This document shows positions 42,401-49,373 of a stretch of 64,000 bases of DNA, in pieces. A model generated the notes under the pieces. That model had not been told where the DNA came from, did no database searches, and saw nothing but the letters and a program-made list of their open reading frames with translations. How positions within the stretch are numbered: position 1 is the first letter of the stretch; every line of letters starts with the position of its first letter. The position numbers and the translations under genes are program-made. Source of the stretch: Candidatus Zhuqueibacterota bacterium (GTDB lineage: Bacteria; Zhuqueibacterota; Zhuqueibacteria; Residuimicrobiales; Krinioviventaceae); the NCBI GenBank assembly GCA_016934825.1, contig JAFGSB010000067.1:7280-71279 (forward strand), given 5' to 3'.

Positions 42401-42801
42401 AGTTGCTCGATCTGGCAAATGCCAATGGCGAAACGATGAGTTATGTCGATTTCGAATCCCTGCTTGCTGTTGTTGTGGAAGGGGAAATGAAAAAGGCTTT
42501 TTATAACTATCCCAATCCATTCGGAAGAAACGATAAACCCACAACGAATTTTATTTACTATCTGGAACAGGACAGCGCCTTAAAATTGCAGATATTCACA
42601 CTAACAGGCGATCTTGTTAAAAAGTGGGAATTTCAGAGTACCGATCCGGAAGGGGCGGCCGGATTGCACCAGGGAGAGCCTAATTTGATATGGGACGGCA
42701 GAAATGGAAAAGGCGAGGTGATCATGAACGGCGTTTATCTGGCGTACCTGACTCTTGAAGGAGGAAATACGGCTTCGACTAAAATTGTCTTTGTAAAATA
42801 A
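33418..42801 (+). CDS. Giant secreted adhesin-like protein (3127 aa): Ig-like repeats, ~20 tandem CARDB-like domains, type-A T9SS C-terminal sorting domain
   Basis: Signal peptide (AVPALVQGA). N-terminal third holds repeated G/T/A/P-rich Ig-like units (..NGNPASGTIQVTT.., ..GNPLNVPVALSFV..). The middle holds recurrent ~120-aa units such as ITPSRTTVTQGQTTPWTVTMGVHNSG..., ITPSVQTITQGQQNTWYIDINVEN..., IYASQTTVTQGQSIPWNVTVKLTNSG.... The C-terminus FYNYPNPFGRNDKPT...IWDGRNGKGEVIMNGVYLAYL...TKIVFVK matches the Por secretion C-terminal (TIGR04183-like) signature. Confidence 0.85.
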   Translation: MNTLKYIRVAIILLLSAVPALVQGAPLTGVTITPTDNTYGQSATYTFTFTTQTIIPADGKIAFIFPAQFNLIYLNSCGTGTPTILNGGFNNPPPIENDGTGNQTVIVARKGPGNTPVPAGSTISVLLGMVTNPLNPSSADIIAIETRNVSNGVLDTGQSSVSLAGPINSFTLSNPAGVTAGMPFSLSVSNAVDGNGNPASGTIQVTTKTGGGEAPDGTDPSVQDIVVTAGNGSAQQTLYKAESGVVLTGILSSDGSVTDDTSPFTVGSAGINSFTMTGVPTNVQAGVSFTNITVTALDVYENTVSDYTGSVWFTTTSSGYTLPYYAGQPYTFQLADNGSHTFTNFILREAGNQTLTITDGTRSTVSGNIQVNAGPIADFTFAASPSPTAGQQIRLNVTSAVDAAGNPLNVPVALSFVGGGSHSSPNGQTPVLPDNINVVNGSGYTDIVLFNAESNLQIQAVSGGITRTTAPFTVAPGNLFRFGITGYPASTVSGNPFTSDVNVTAYDVYGNQKTNYAGTVGFSSTDNSADLPSSAGLTVGTRTFSGSSFVLRTVGNQRIFVSDLSGSGVSDTTNYINVTNPAISITEITPSRTTVTQGQTTPWTVTMGVHNSGASTITISANELQTYIKFTRGGNDYTSQYTIDGPQGSFVLTGGSTTFLTFSITQTGTTTGVIDIFGRVATTTGGYTNSILSDVYGGIEVQSPEALQIVSITPSQQTVTSGDNTHNWTVAVQLRNNGGSEAGIDFASSSLASQAIVVFQRPTTFQDATTTLKANETKTMIFTVTENSTLLGAHTINAQIQYHVINTGENKSLPPANPGTVTVQAPSNLLVTSVIPTRNQLTIGSSTEWDIRVLVSNTGGSDVNLDLTQANTWVKIFSGATEVTDFDITWPTALKNTGNTTLAAGSQDELVYHVTQNSFSAGTMDILARAQGTEPNRALIIFYETSVGDGHSGTVQMQLPSNVSYVSSSLQPTSVFPRTPAEFQISVSNTGGATVELEPAQTTIQFNDAVNGGNSIFSATLDPAYGTTVAPGTTELHFQSKLVSGDFIPDSYPLQVTLNGTENGSNFQRILNLTSDLVTVGEPGDLAVTAITPSVQTITQGQQNTWYIDINVENNDVSDMRLQNMALTFNYNTQNITDQFTITYPTVLVGSGNNVLPSNTSDVLRVTINSVAANAPTGSILLSAEVQMVDVSDAGRTFTDQLFNAAQITCQSPANVQINNIYASQTTVTQGQSIPWNVTVKLTNSGESKVRLRSGSALTLSRGNQYFTVSNPTTFLGSGNNELGGGTEDSLRFVVTSVSPSVPLGAFTIFATILTEEVNTLNPLSGQSNYISLKMQENAQIRLDRIFADLRSGSLVNTNQEFYIKAQLTNPGGSNGDMVKSVTLNLSSSSPGFTFPNGTTVTIDSIDAGQTKTSEPGILVRASNLSNVRTVINANMTSAVARNTGLPAQVLTPLSNSTEITTQTPGNLVVQNVIAQEDTIVSGTLAPWTIKVAIINSGVGTLLLKKPQDSDVSINREGYVIKADPVWTDSLLIGGELDTLVYTVTNTPSASGVFTITANIQAEDYNDSSIGVFTKSGQTQVYFTKTSAVGITETYMDPATPNVDANGVGHVNITQVFNVRVKIENKADQALDSVRVKLLAPNSLVSSQILITNIGFGEDKEGVFTVQAADVENLVGETLRSEIVYAYGRDGTQSKISPAQDDSVEIKIYYPARLQIVSTENLAPNPEKKVSQGQNFPVEVKVANLGSETAKEIRVSLATSSAQHATVLETPMTIDETIAGGDTGTVVFTLKAGNNTAAGLVSIYSNLFDAKGENNNQQPAFLEPGDNDSTYADLEKGADLLILNLIADVENNEIIANYSQSPWNLNIELFNGGEADLEIVNLNNSNISFTVDGQPDNTYDVRPPSKLKHAGDLILRAGQTDTLAFSIAENGEIAGNAVVKAQIFGRDMNIGPASNLTAIDSTDIYVISEAVVQIVETSINSNVHDNDGKGLVNRGQNFVVSVLVRAGQLLGVDSVLIQLTTNGNSMSEPDTFQLDSINRDSEIRAIFNLQADDSWPEIQGEQEEMFTAKILSALSKNSQLPARIRPPDKTTNAQANLRIQRSANLKLSLLYNSPLDSVLTLGQQFDIIARIHNLGTAQVDIGKVQLTPPTGYEIKLASELYSAEPVERQFTIEDGEEYKDVLFTFRAPNANSAKSKIKGKISQIPLDRNTNSPAAILQSADSLYVRTSSSSLNIHSFTILKPQGAKDFELSTEQPLTLQAVITSTSNLQYRKARLKFPDNLPGDVIYTLNNSDAEVDITSNPDTISWQLNAPSVKFENVHKFYVDAEAVEAGKTKTVTDSLSIYRVVNRANIAIEFFEAVNEFGTIKQEREAYFSKFQQNIILRARIKNQGDANITGTGKLKLDLGQSGLTLTSEYQGLVEQNFTQETEDIIWKVNAGPINNDGFNITVEISQAPNDENTNETAKTADDASKRTMRVWVTELGKVRIVNKRAWISSPIGAVDNIVSTDQTFTVKTEVNSDNVDKNRITARLVAPEAFRVIQSTQNVTLGFNREVTWEVTAPSDASLSDSLKVLVTGYDDNSGLESKDSSNAVFIRTVPKTSFKIDPKITYPDSFQESVSTGQEFSLTATILHQGASYIKADSFIVELNSPKEFTRIDDKRQIFKFAQFEKGLHPTWRLNAPTQKPAGGEFSNFTINLLEVPRDENSYIAGEVKNDSVTHKISVVDRALTKTDAYLLGQVNADTGNVRIGSEFNVVLRLTNLGFARFIDNYRVKIHLPANGYTTQDAEKTGIITNGMIDSLVWKIKAPNTINSNLDIISFTLLDPPNDQYAKTNAAVLNNEAHVRVKLETGKLIAETYPVRTKSAVIKGGKNVPILGLVFRNKDVSSKVNSYLTKLFLTIRDREGEIINPSTAVNRIAAVRHSDYDHIFAQTTDFSVTDKPGQVMLNFRTLKIDTIRSAQRDTVDIIVDVSEFNETDFKISLSDSLPIYAVDDNGQLLDLANANGETMSYVDFESLLAVVVEGEMKKAFYNYPNPFGRNDKPTTNFIYYLEQDSALKLQIFTLTGDLVKKWEFQSTDPEGAAGLHQGEPNLIWDGRNGKGEVIMNGVYLAYLTLEGGNTASTKIVFVK
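35160..41880 (+). repeat. Tandem in-frame array of ~120-aa CARDB-like domain repeats inside the giant adhesin gene (approximate bounds)
   Basis: At least ~18 successive units, each starting with a (V/I)(T/S)I.P(S/T)...T(V/I)TQGQ...W.V.V.N.G pattern, visible in the translation. The units are divergent at the DNA level. Confidence 0.6.
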
Positions 42802-42867
42802 GGTAAAATAAAAAGTTATTTTGATTAAACAAGTTAATTTGTATATTAAAATAGAGAGTATTAAGCG

Positions 42868-44874
42868 GTGAAGAAAATAAAAATAAAATTGGTCACGTTA
42901 TCATTATTTTTATTATTATGTATGACGGGACAGACACTCGCACAGGCCGGTGATGATAACTATGGTGAATGGGGAGGCACTACGGATATTTTTGATTATC
43001 CTGTTGGCGCGAGGGCGATGGCTTTGGGCGGCGCATATGTCTCTGTTGTTAATGATCCGTATGCATTATACTGGAATCCTGCAGCGCTGGAAAATGTACA
43101 AAGAGTGGGGTTCGGCATCTATCACACAAATCTTCCAATGTCTACGGATTATAACTATTTTTCATTTACATATCCGACGCTTTCTTTTGGTACTTTTTCC
43201 GCCGGTATTCTACGAATTTCTACAGGTGATATTCAACTCACCGAGGACGATGCCGCGATAATCGGAGAAGCAAATTCAAGTCGTTCTTTATTTATGTTCG
43301 GGTATGGTTTCAGGCCGTTCCCGTGGTTGTATATGGGAACCAACTTTAAAATCGAACGAACAAGTTTGCCAAATTATGAAGGAAACGGAAATTTTAATGA
43401 ATCCGCTCTCGGAGCAGACATGGGATTGATGTTTAAACCTCAAACCCGGGAAGGATTTTTCCGCGATTTTGCTGTGGGTTTCAATATTCAAAACTTTCTA
43501 CAGCGTCAGCAACGCGTGATTGAGAAACTGGATAAAACACCGCGCAACTTTTTGTTCGGATTGTCAAAAGGATTCGGGAGCGATCAGGGCTCGAGTCATT
43601 TTCTTGTGGCTTACCAAATGGACATAAACGGTAACAATGATCATGTTCCGACTTTTCACCATTTTGGCCTTGAATATGATTTCAATAAAAGTTTGTTTTT
43701 ACGGTTAGGGTATGATTACCGTGGTGAACAGGCGAATGAAGCTTCGGGCGGAAAGGTGACATACGGTATGGGAGTGAGCCTGTTCGGCGTACAGCTCGAT
43801 TACTCTTACTGGACACCCCGATATGATGTGTTAAGCAACAGCCATCGGATTTCACTCGTTTATAATGTAGGCAAAACCCGTAAACAGCGGCTGGACGAGC
43901 TGCAGACCGCGGAACTGGAACGATTTAAACAGGAAGTTGAACGCCAGCGTCAGTATGAGCGGCGGGAGACCATTGTAAAAGGGATGGAGCAGGCCCAGTT
44001 ATTTTATGAAAACGGCGATTTCCCGAGGGCATATAGCGCCACAAACCGGGTGCTGGCTCTGGACGAAACCGGAAATGACCCGGAGTTTAGTAAAGCGCGG
44101 ACATTACTGGCGGATATCAACACGGCAATTGAGCAACAGCGAAATACAGAATTCAATAAAGAATTGGTGCGTACCCGTGAAGAAGCCGAATTAAAACGTA
44201 AACAACAGCAGGTTAAGGAACATTACCAAAAAGCGCTGGCCTTTTTTGAAACGGAAGATTATACCGAAGCAATGCGGGAATGTGACAGGGCATTGGAAAT
44301 TGATGCGAACAGCGACCTGGTCAGAGAACTTCGTAAAACCGTGGAAGAAGACCTGAAAAAGAAGATTACCGTACTGGTAACCCGGGCCAATTCGCTTGAG
44401 CAAAGCGGTCGTCAATATGACGCGATCCAATACTATAATCAGGCCATACAACTGGCTAACGGCAACGAAAAGCTGGAAGGTCTGATAGACAGTAAATTGA
44501 GAAAACTGGAGAGACGCCTGTCACGGGATGAAACGTTACGCCGTGCCAATGAATATGAAATTGCCAAAGAGTGGGATAAAGCGGCGGATATGTACAAAGA
44601 GGCGCTCAAATTTGAACCGAACAATGAGTCTTTACGTCAAAAATATGATGATATGTATGCCCGGGCTAATGCGACCACGGGTAAATTAACCGGCAATGCA
44701 AAAGATTTGTATTCCCAGGGTTTCCGTGCTTTTAATAATGGAGAATATGAGGAAGCCTTAAAATTTTACGAACAGGCTCGGGAGGAGCAGCCCTTTAATA
44801 AAACACTGCTCCGCGCCATAGATGTTGCCAAGGAACGGTTGCGAGCCAAACAATCAGCGGGTTCCGGAAAATAA
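42868..44874 (+). CDS. Outer-membrane beta-barrel of the PorV/PorQ/PorP(SprF) superfamily fused to a C-terminal TPR/coiled-coil domain (GTG start)
   Basis: Signal peptide (CMTGQTLAQA). The N-terminal motif GARAMALGGAYVSVVNDPYALYWNPAAL is typical of the PorV/PorP-like family. Alternating beta-strand pattern runs to ~aa 335. The rest (aa ~340-668) is TPR-like helical repeats (YYNQAIQLANGNEK..., YEEALKFYEQAREEQPFNK). Confidence 0.6.
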   Translation: MKKIKIKLVTLSLFLLLCMTGQTLAQAGDDNYGEWGGTTDIFDYPVGARAMALGGAYVSVVNDPYALYWNPAALENVQRVGFGIYHTNLPMSTDYNYFSFTYPTLSFGTFSAGILRISTGDIQLTEDDAAIIGEANSSRSLFMFGYGFRPFPWLYMGTNFKIERTSLPNYEGNGNFNESALGADMGLMFKPQTREGFFRDFAVGFNIQNFLQRQQRVIEKLDKTPRNFLFGLSKGFGSDQGSSHFLVAYQMDINGNNDHVPTFHHFGLEYDFNKSLFLRLGYDYRGEQANEASGGKVTYGMGVSLFGVQLDYSYWTPRYDVLSNSHRISLVYNVGKTRKQRLDELQTAELERFKQEVERQRQYERRETIVKGMEQAQLFYENGDFPRAYSATNRVLALDETGNDPEFSKARTLLADINTAIEQQRNTEFNKELVRTREEAELKRKQQQVKEHYQKALAFFETEDYTEAMRECDRALEIDANSDLVRELRKTVEEDLKKKITVLVTRANSLEQSGRQYDAIQYYNQAIQLANGNEKLEGLIDSKLRKLERRLSRDETLRRANEYEIAKEWDKAADMYKEALKFEPNNESLRQKYDDMYARANATTGKLTGNAKDLYSQGFRAFNNGEYEEALKFYEQAREEQPFNKTLLRAIDVAKERLRAKQSAGSGK

Positions 44875-44893
44875 AAAAGGACAACTATTTTTA

Positions 44894-47800
44894 TTGAAAA
44901 GCACGATTAAAGAACAACTTAAAGTACCTGCTCATGTTGACAGGCTTGGTGATTTACGGGATTTTGTTACCCGGGTCGGGAAAAAGCACGGCTATTCGGA
45001 AAGGATAATAAATGCTTTTAAACTTTCCATCGATGAAGCCGCAACGAATATAATCAAGCACGCGTATCGAGACTGGGAAGGGGATATCGTTATCCGCTCC
45101 CTGATAAAAAAGAACAGTCTGACATTTATACTGATAGACAAAGGAAAGTATTTTGATCCCCGTCAGGTAAAGGACCCGGATTTAAAAAAATATGTAGATA
45201 TAGGTAAAAAGGGCGGGCTCGGAATTTTTATGATGCGCCGCCTGCTGGATAGAATTGATTATCGAAAAACGGAAAACGGGAATGAGTTGTGGTTAACCAA
45301 AAACCGTGATGAATCCAAACGGCGAAAAATTTCTGTTGCGTCAATTCCATTGGGTTTAAAAGCGCGTTACTGGTTAATTTCAATGGTTGTTTTCTCATTT
45401 ATTTTACTGCTGGTGTATTTGTTTTTTTTTCTAAAGCAAGATAATATCGTATTAGATCAATATATCGAAAACGGGGGCAAAGCCTGTTCTGTTCTTGCCA
45501 ACGATCTTGCAAAAAATTTAACCGATTCGAATGATATAGGCACGGATGTTATCGACGAATTGATCAATGTTGGCAGTCAGGACCTTTTGGTATTAAACAA
45601 GGCGCATACATCCGTGAATACATTATTAAAATCCGAATATAGTGATATTTTACTCAATGCTATTGTTGTAGATAATATACAGAATATTTTGGCAATTGCG
45701 GAAGAAGATTCTTTTTTTAAAGTACTGGAAACTTTTGAAATTCCTGAGGAGCATAAAAAAAAACGCGACAATGTCTACCAGTATCGAATGAAAAGTGGGC
45801 CTGAAATAGTTGACATGGAATGGCCAGTTTTAGATGATGAAAACAGGAAGTTGTGTACGGTACATTTATTCATTGATTTCAAAAATATTAAAAAAGATAT
45901 TACCGGTTCGCGGTCAAATGTTTTTCATCTTGGTCTATTGGTATGGATAATCGGCGCTGCCGGATTGTTTTTATTAATTTATCTTGTCATGAACCCGTTC
46001 CGAAGACTGCAGGAGTGGGTTAAAGCGCTTGGACAACCTGGAGTGGCTGACGAACTGGACATAGATACCTCAACCGAAGTCGGAGAAATTGCCAAAGCTT
46101 TCAGCGATATCACGATGAAACTGCGGGACTCACAGGCCAATCTTGCCGAACAGGAACGGTTACAAAAGGAAATGCAGGTTGCCCAGGAAATCCAGCAGAC
46201 GCTATTACCGTCAAAATTTCCGGAACTGGAAGGATATGATTTATCTGCATTTTATGAGGCGGCAAAGGAAGTAGGCGGCGATTATTTTGATTTTGTTGAA
46301 GTCGATAAAGATACTTTGGGTATCGTTGTCGCCGATGTTTCCGGAAAGGGTGTTCCCGGCTCGCTCGTCATGACCATGATCCGTACCGCTTTGAGAACCG
46401 AAGCCCGAGGAATGAAGGATGCAGCCGAGGTATTAACCCGGGTGAACGATTTTGTCGTTAATGATATGAAAAAGGGTATGTTTGTAACACTTTTTTATGT
46501 TATTATTGATTCCAAAAGGCGGAGAATAAATTTTGCCAGTGCGGGTCATAATCCGATGATCTTGTATCGTGCCAGTGTAAATAAAACATACTATTTGAAT
46601 CCCCGCGGCTTTCCGATCGGTATCTCATTGCCGGACAAAGAGTTGTTTAAAAAATCCCTTCAGTCGGATTCTATCGCTCTTGCGGAAGATGATATACTGC
46701 TTGTGTATACAGACGGTGTTACCGAAGCCATGAATTCAAAAAGGGAATTGTTTGGGGAGGAGAGATTTTTAAAAGTTATCAGGGATTACGGAAAATTAAA
46801 GGCGGAAGATTTTATCGATAACCTGAAAAAGGAAATTATTTCCTTTACGGAGGAAAATCCGCAAAACGATGATATCACTTTGGTCGCAATTAAAGAACAA
46901 ACATCTGTGGAAAAGCTTGAGTTCAAACGCGCCAAAGAAGCCTTTGATCTGATACAACAAGGTAAAAACGTTAAAGAGGCATGTAAAAAAGCCGGTATTT
47001 CCACTTATTCTTATTATAATAAATTCAAGACAAAGTTTGAAGAAGAAGGCGTCGAACAGTATAAAATTGAATCTCCAGAAGATGATTTGGAAGTTAAGCA
47101 TTTAAGTATTGAGGAAAAAACAAAAATATATGATGTTATAAAAAGATTTCCCGAATACGGGGCAAAAAGAATTAGCGAAGAGTTGAATACGGAACACTAT
47201 AATTTTACACGAATATCTCATTCACGCGTGTATGAGGAACTTGTTCAATCAAGATTAAACACAAAAAAATTAAGAGAAGCGTTTGTATTGCGGGGTACAA
47301 AGAAAAAACGCATGAAACCACCGGGTACGCCGCTATTAACCATTGATGGAAAGGTAATTGTTGATAAACCCAAAGTAATTAAAGAGGTTGAAGAGGTTGA
47401 GACCGAAGCCCCGGACACAGCAGTAAGTGTTCCTGAAGAAAAAACGAAAACATTTCCTAAGGTAGCGGAAAAGACCAAAAAGCTGAAAAAGGCTAAAAAA
47501 TCCGAATCGGAAATAATTGAACCGGTTAAAGAGAGTGTTGAAACAGCAAAAAGCGATCAGGAGTTAACGGAAGTCCCGCCGGAGAAAGACGAGGATATAA
47601 TTCAGGTTGAGAATGTATTCGAAAATCTCGGAAGTGAAGAGAAACCTGAACCTGTCCCGGAGACCCCGGAAACCGATACCTTCGAAGAACATCTGGATAC
47701 TGACACATTTGCAGATTTTATTGTTCATGATGATTTTGACAGCATTCAGGATGTAGAGGAAGCGATTGAAAAAATCGAATCGGAAAAAAAGCAGGAAAAG

Positions 47801-49135
47801 GAAGAGGAAAAGGCTGAAATCCCCGCAGAGGGAAAAGATCAGGTCGAGGAAAGTGAACTGCAAGAGGAGAAAACAGTTCATCTGCCTCAGTCAAAAGAGA
47901 TAAAAGCGGAATCCTCAGAAGAACCTGAAGAAAAGGAGGCGCTTGATGAATTTGAGGAGGAAACCGTACAACCTCAATTAATCGAGATCAATGATGAGGA
48001 TACGGAAAAAGCCGAAACACCTGTGGAACCAGGTGAAAATCTGTTTGATTTTGCCGATTTTGATTTTGTTGGAGCCGATGAAAGTGTCAACCTGCAAGAG
48101 GACGAGGAACTGGCTGTAAGCGCCGATATCCCTGTGCTGGCAGATCAAAATCCGGATATTGATCAAATATTTTATGATTTTCAGGTTGGAAAGAATATTG
48201 AAATTAATCAGGATGACGATAAAGAAGAACAGGTTATAGATGATTTGGGATTAAAAAATGAGGAAATGCGATCCCAAAACATAGAACAGGAAGAGATTGA
48301 TCTAGCCGATATAATGAACTCTGAAGATAACATCATCAACATTCCCTCTCATGACGACCAGGACGAAATTGATGAAAAAAACGTGGAAGATATAGATATT
48401 ATATCAGAATCCGAAAAACATGAAAAAGAGATCACAATCTCTGAACCTTTTGAAGAATTTCTTGGACTTGAGCAGGAAAAAGAAATTCCATTAAAAGAAC
48501 CGGAAACACCCAAAACTGAAAAACCTGTTGAGTTGATAAAAGAAGAATATGATATGTCAATACCATATGATGAAATTTGGGAAATCAAGGAAATGGAAAC
48601 ATTTCATGGTTTCTTCGATTCCTCAAGTTTTATTGAAAGGGACAAATTATCTTTTGAAGATCTTATTGATTTGGTTGGAGGTCAAAAAAGGGATGGAAGA
48701 TTTAAAGAAAAAGCCGTTGAAGAAGAAAAAGAACCGGAAAAACCGGATATCAATAAGGAGAAGGACAGACTTTTTAAAGATAAATTAATGACAAAAGCAA
48801 TAAAACTGTATGAAAAAGAAAATTATACGAACGCAATAAAAATCTTTCAGGAATTGTTATTAAAATATCCTGATGATATTAATTTACACGGGTACATTGG
48901 AAATGCTTATTTTAGAAATAAAAATTATGTAATGGCGGAACGGGAATATGAAAAAGTGTTGAAATTAGAACCACAAAACAAACAGGCCTGTGAGAATTTG
49001 GGTGTGGTTTATGCAAATCAGGGTAAATTGAGCGAGGCAATAAGACAATGGGAAAAATTGCTCAAAATGGCCCCTGAACGTCAGGATATTCATAAAAGTA
49101 TCATGAGGGCAAAACGCTATTTAATAAATAATTGA
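44894..49135 (+). CDS. Multidomain partner-switching regulator: RsbW-like HATPase Ser-kinase, 2 TM helices with extracytoplasmic loop, HAMP, PP2C (SpoIIE/RsbU) phosphatase, tandem transposase-like HTH, acidic disordered region, TPR
   Basis: HATPase (..EAATNIIKHAYRDWEGDIVIRS...GGLGIFMMRRLLDRIDY). TM helices (YWLISMVVFSFILLLVYLFFFL; VFHLGLLVWIIGAAGLFLLIYLVM). PP2C core (..VGGDYFDF...LGIVVADVSGKGVPGSLVMTMIRTAL...YTDGVTEA...QNDDITLVAIK). HTH pair (..GKNVKEACKKAGISTYSYYNKFK.. and ..IKRFPEYGAKRISEELNTEHYNFTRISHSRVYEEL..) resembling IS481/IS3 transposase N-termini. ~550 aa D/E/K/P-rich low complexity. C-terminal TPRs. Start set to in-frame TTG at 44894 with an AAGGA RBS; the ATG at 44822 would overlap the upstream gene by 53 nt. 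Confidence 0.8.
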   Translation: MKSTIKEQLKVPAHVDRLGDLRDFVTRVGKKHGYSERIINAFKLSIDEAATNIIKHAYRDWEGDIVIRSLIKKNSLTFILIDKGKYFDPRQVKDPDLKKYVDIGKKGGLGIFMMRRLLDRIDYRKTENGNELWLTKNRDESKRRKISVASIPLGLKARYWLISMVVFSFILLLVYLFFFLKQDNIVLDQYIENGGKACSVLANDLAKNLTDSNDIGTDVIDELINVGSQDLLVLNKAHTSVNTLLKSEYSDILLNAIVVDNIQNILAIAEEDSFFKVLETFEIPEEHKKKRDNVYQYRMKSGPEIVDMEWPVLDDENRKLCTVHLFIDFKNIKKDITGSRSNVFHLGLLVWIIGAAGLFLLIYLVMNPFRRLQEWVKALGQPGVADELDIDTSTEVGEIAKAFSDITMKLRDSQANLAEQERLQKEMQVAQEIQQTLLPSKFPELEGYDLSAFYEAAKEVGGDYFDFVEVDKDTLGIVVADVSGKGVPGSLVMTMIRTALRTEARGMKDAAEVLTRVNDFVVNDMKKGMFVTLFYVIIDSKRRRINFASAGHNPMILYRASVNKTYYLNPRGFPIGISLPDKELFKKSLQSDSIALAEDDILLVYTDGVTEAMNSKRELFGEERFLKVIRDYGKLKAEDFIDNLKKEIISFTEENPQNDDITLVAIKEQTSVEKLEFKRAKEAFDLIQQGKNVKEACKKAGISTYSYYNKFKTKFEEEGVEQYKIESPEDDLEVKHLSIEEKTKIYDVIKRFPEYGAKRISEELNTEHYNFTRISHSRVYEELVQSRLNTKKLREAFVLRGTKKKRMKPPGTPLLTIDGKVIVDKPKVIKEVEEVETEAPDTAVSVPEEKTKTFPKVAEKTKKLKKAKKSESEIIEPVKESVETAKSDQELTEVPPEKDEDIIQVENVFENLGSEEKPEPVPETPETDTFEEHLDTDTFADFIVHDDFDSIQDVEEAIEKIESEKKQEKEEEKAEIPAEGKDQVEESELQEEKTVHLPQSKEIKAESSEEPEEKEALDEFEEETVQPQLIEINDEDTEKAETPVEPGENLFDFADFDFVGADESVNLQEDEELAVSADIPVLADQNPDIDQIFYDFQVGKNIEINQDDDKEEQVIDDLGLKNEEMRSQNIEQEEIDLADIMNSEDNIINIPSHDDQDEIDEKNVEDIDIISESEKHEKEITISEPFEEFLGLEQEKEIPLKEPETPKTEKPVELIKEEYDMSIPYDEIWEIKEMETFHGFFDSSSFIERDKLSFEDLIDLVGGQKRDGRFKEKAVEEEKEPEKPDINKEKDRLFKDKLMTKAIKLYEKENYTNAIKIFQELLLKYPDDINLHGYIGNAYFRNKNYVMAEREYEKVLKLEPQNKQACENLGVVYANQGKLSEAIRQWEKLLKMAPERQDIHKSIMRAKRYLINN

Positions 49136-49155
49136 GCAACAACACGGCAAATAAT

Positions 49156-49184
49156 AAATTATTATTGACATTTTTATGATTAAC
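49156..49184 (+). promoter_or_regulatory. Putative sigma70-type promoter (TTGACA-17-TATATT) upstream of the STAS gene, leaving a ~190-nt leader
   Basis: TTGACA at 49156..49161, 17-nt spacer, TATATT at 49179..49184. Confidence 0.4.
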
Positions 49185-49373
49185 CGCTATATTCCTGCAA
49201 TTAAAAAAATATCACCGGTTATTGTAATTTTTCAGACCGGGCAAAAACGAAAAGATATTATTTTAAGCAAACAATAATCTGTTCTTATTCAGCATTTGTT
49301 ATGTATCTCGGAATGTGTTGTTTCGACGAATTTTATCTTTGATTAAATATGTATTTACGGAGAAATTTAAAAA

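Noticed and set aside
44822-44893. Listed ATG start of the partner-switching megaprotein, overlapping the upstream gene by 53 nt
   Set aside because: A 53-nt overlap is atypical. An in-frame TTG at 44894 with an AAGGA RBS gives an N-terminus (MKSTIKEQLKVPAHVD...) that aligns with the start of RsbW-like HATPase domains. The ATG cannot be excluded.
47300-48700. Possible tandem DNA repeats or a separate gene in the acidic region of the megaprotein
   Set aside because: The region is low-complexity (E/D/K/P-rich) but without exact periodic DNA repeats. The reading frame is uninterrupted, so it is treated as an intrinsically disordered linker, not a repeat array or CRISPR-like structure.
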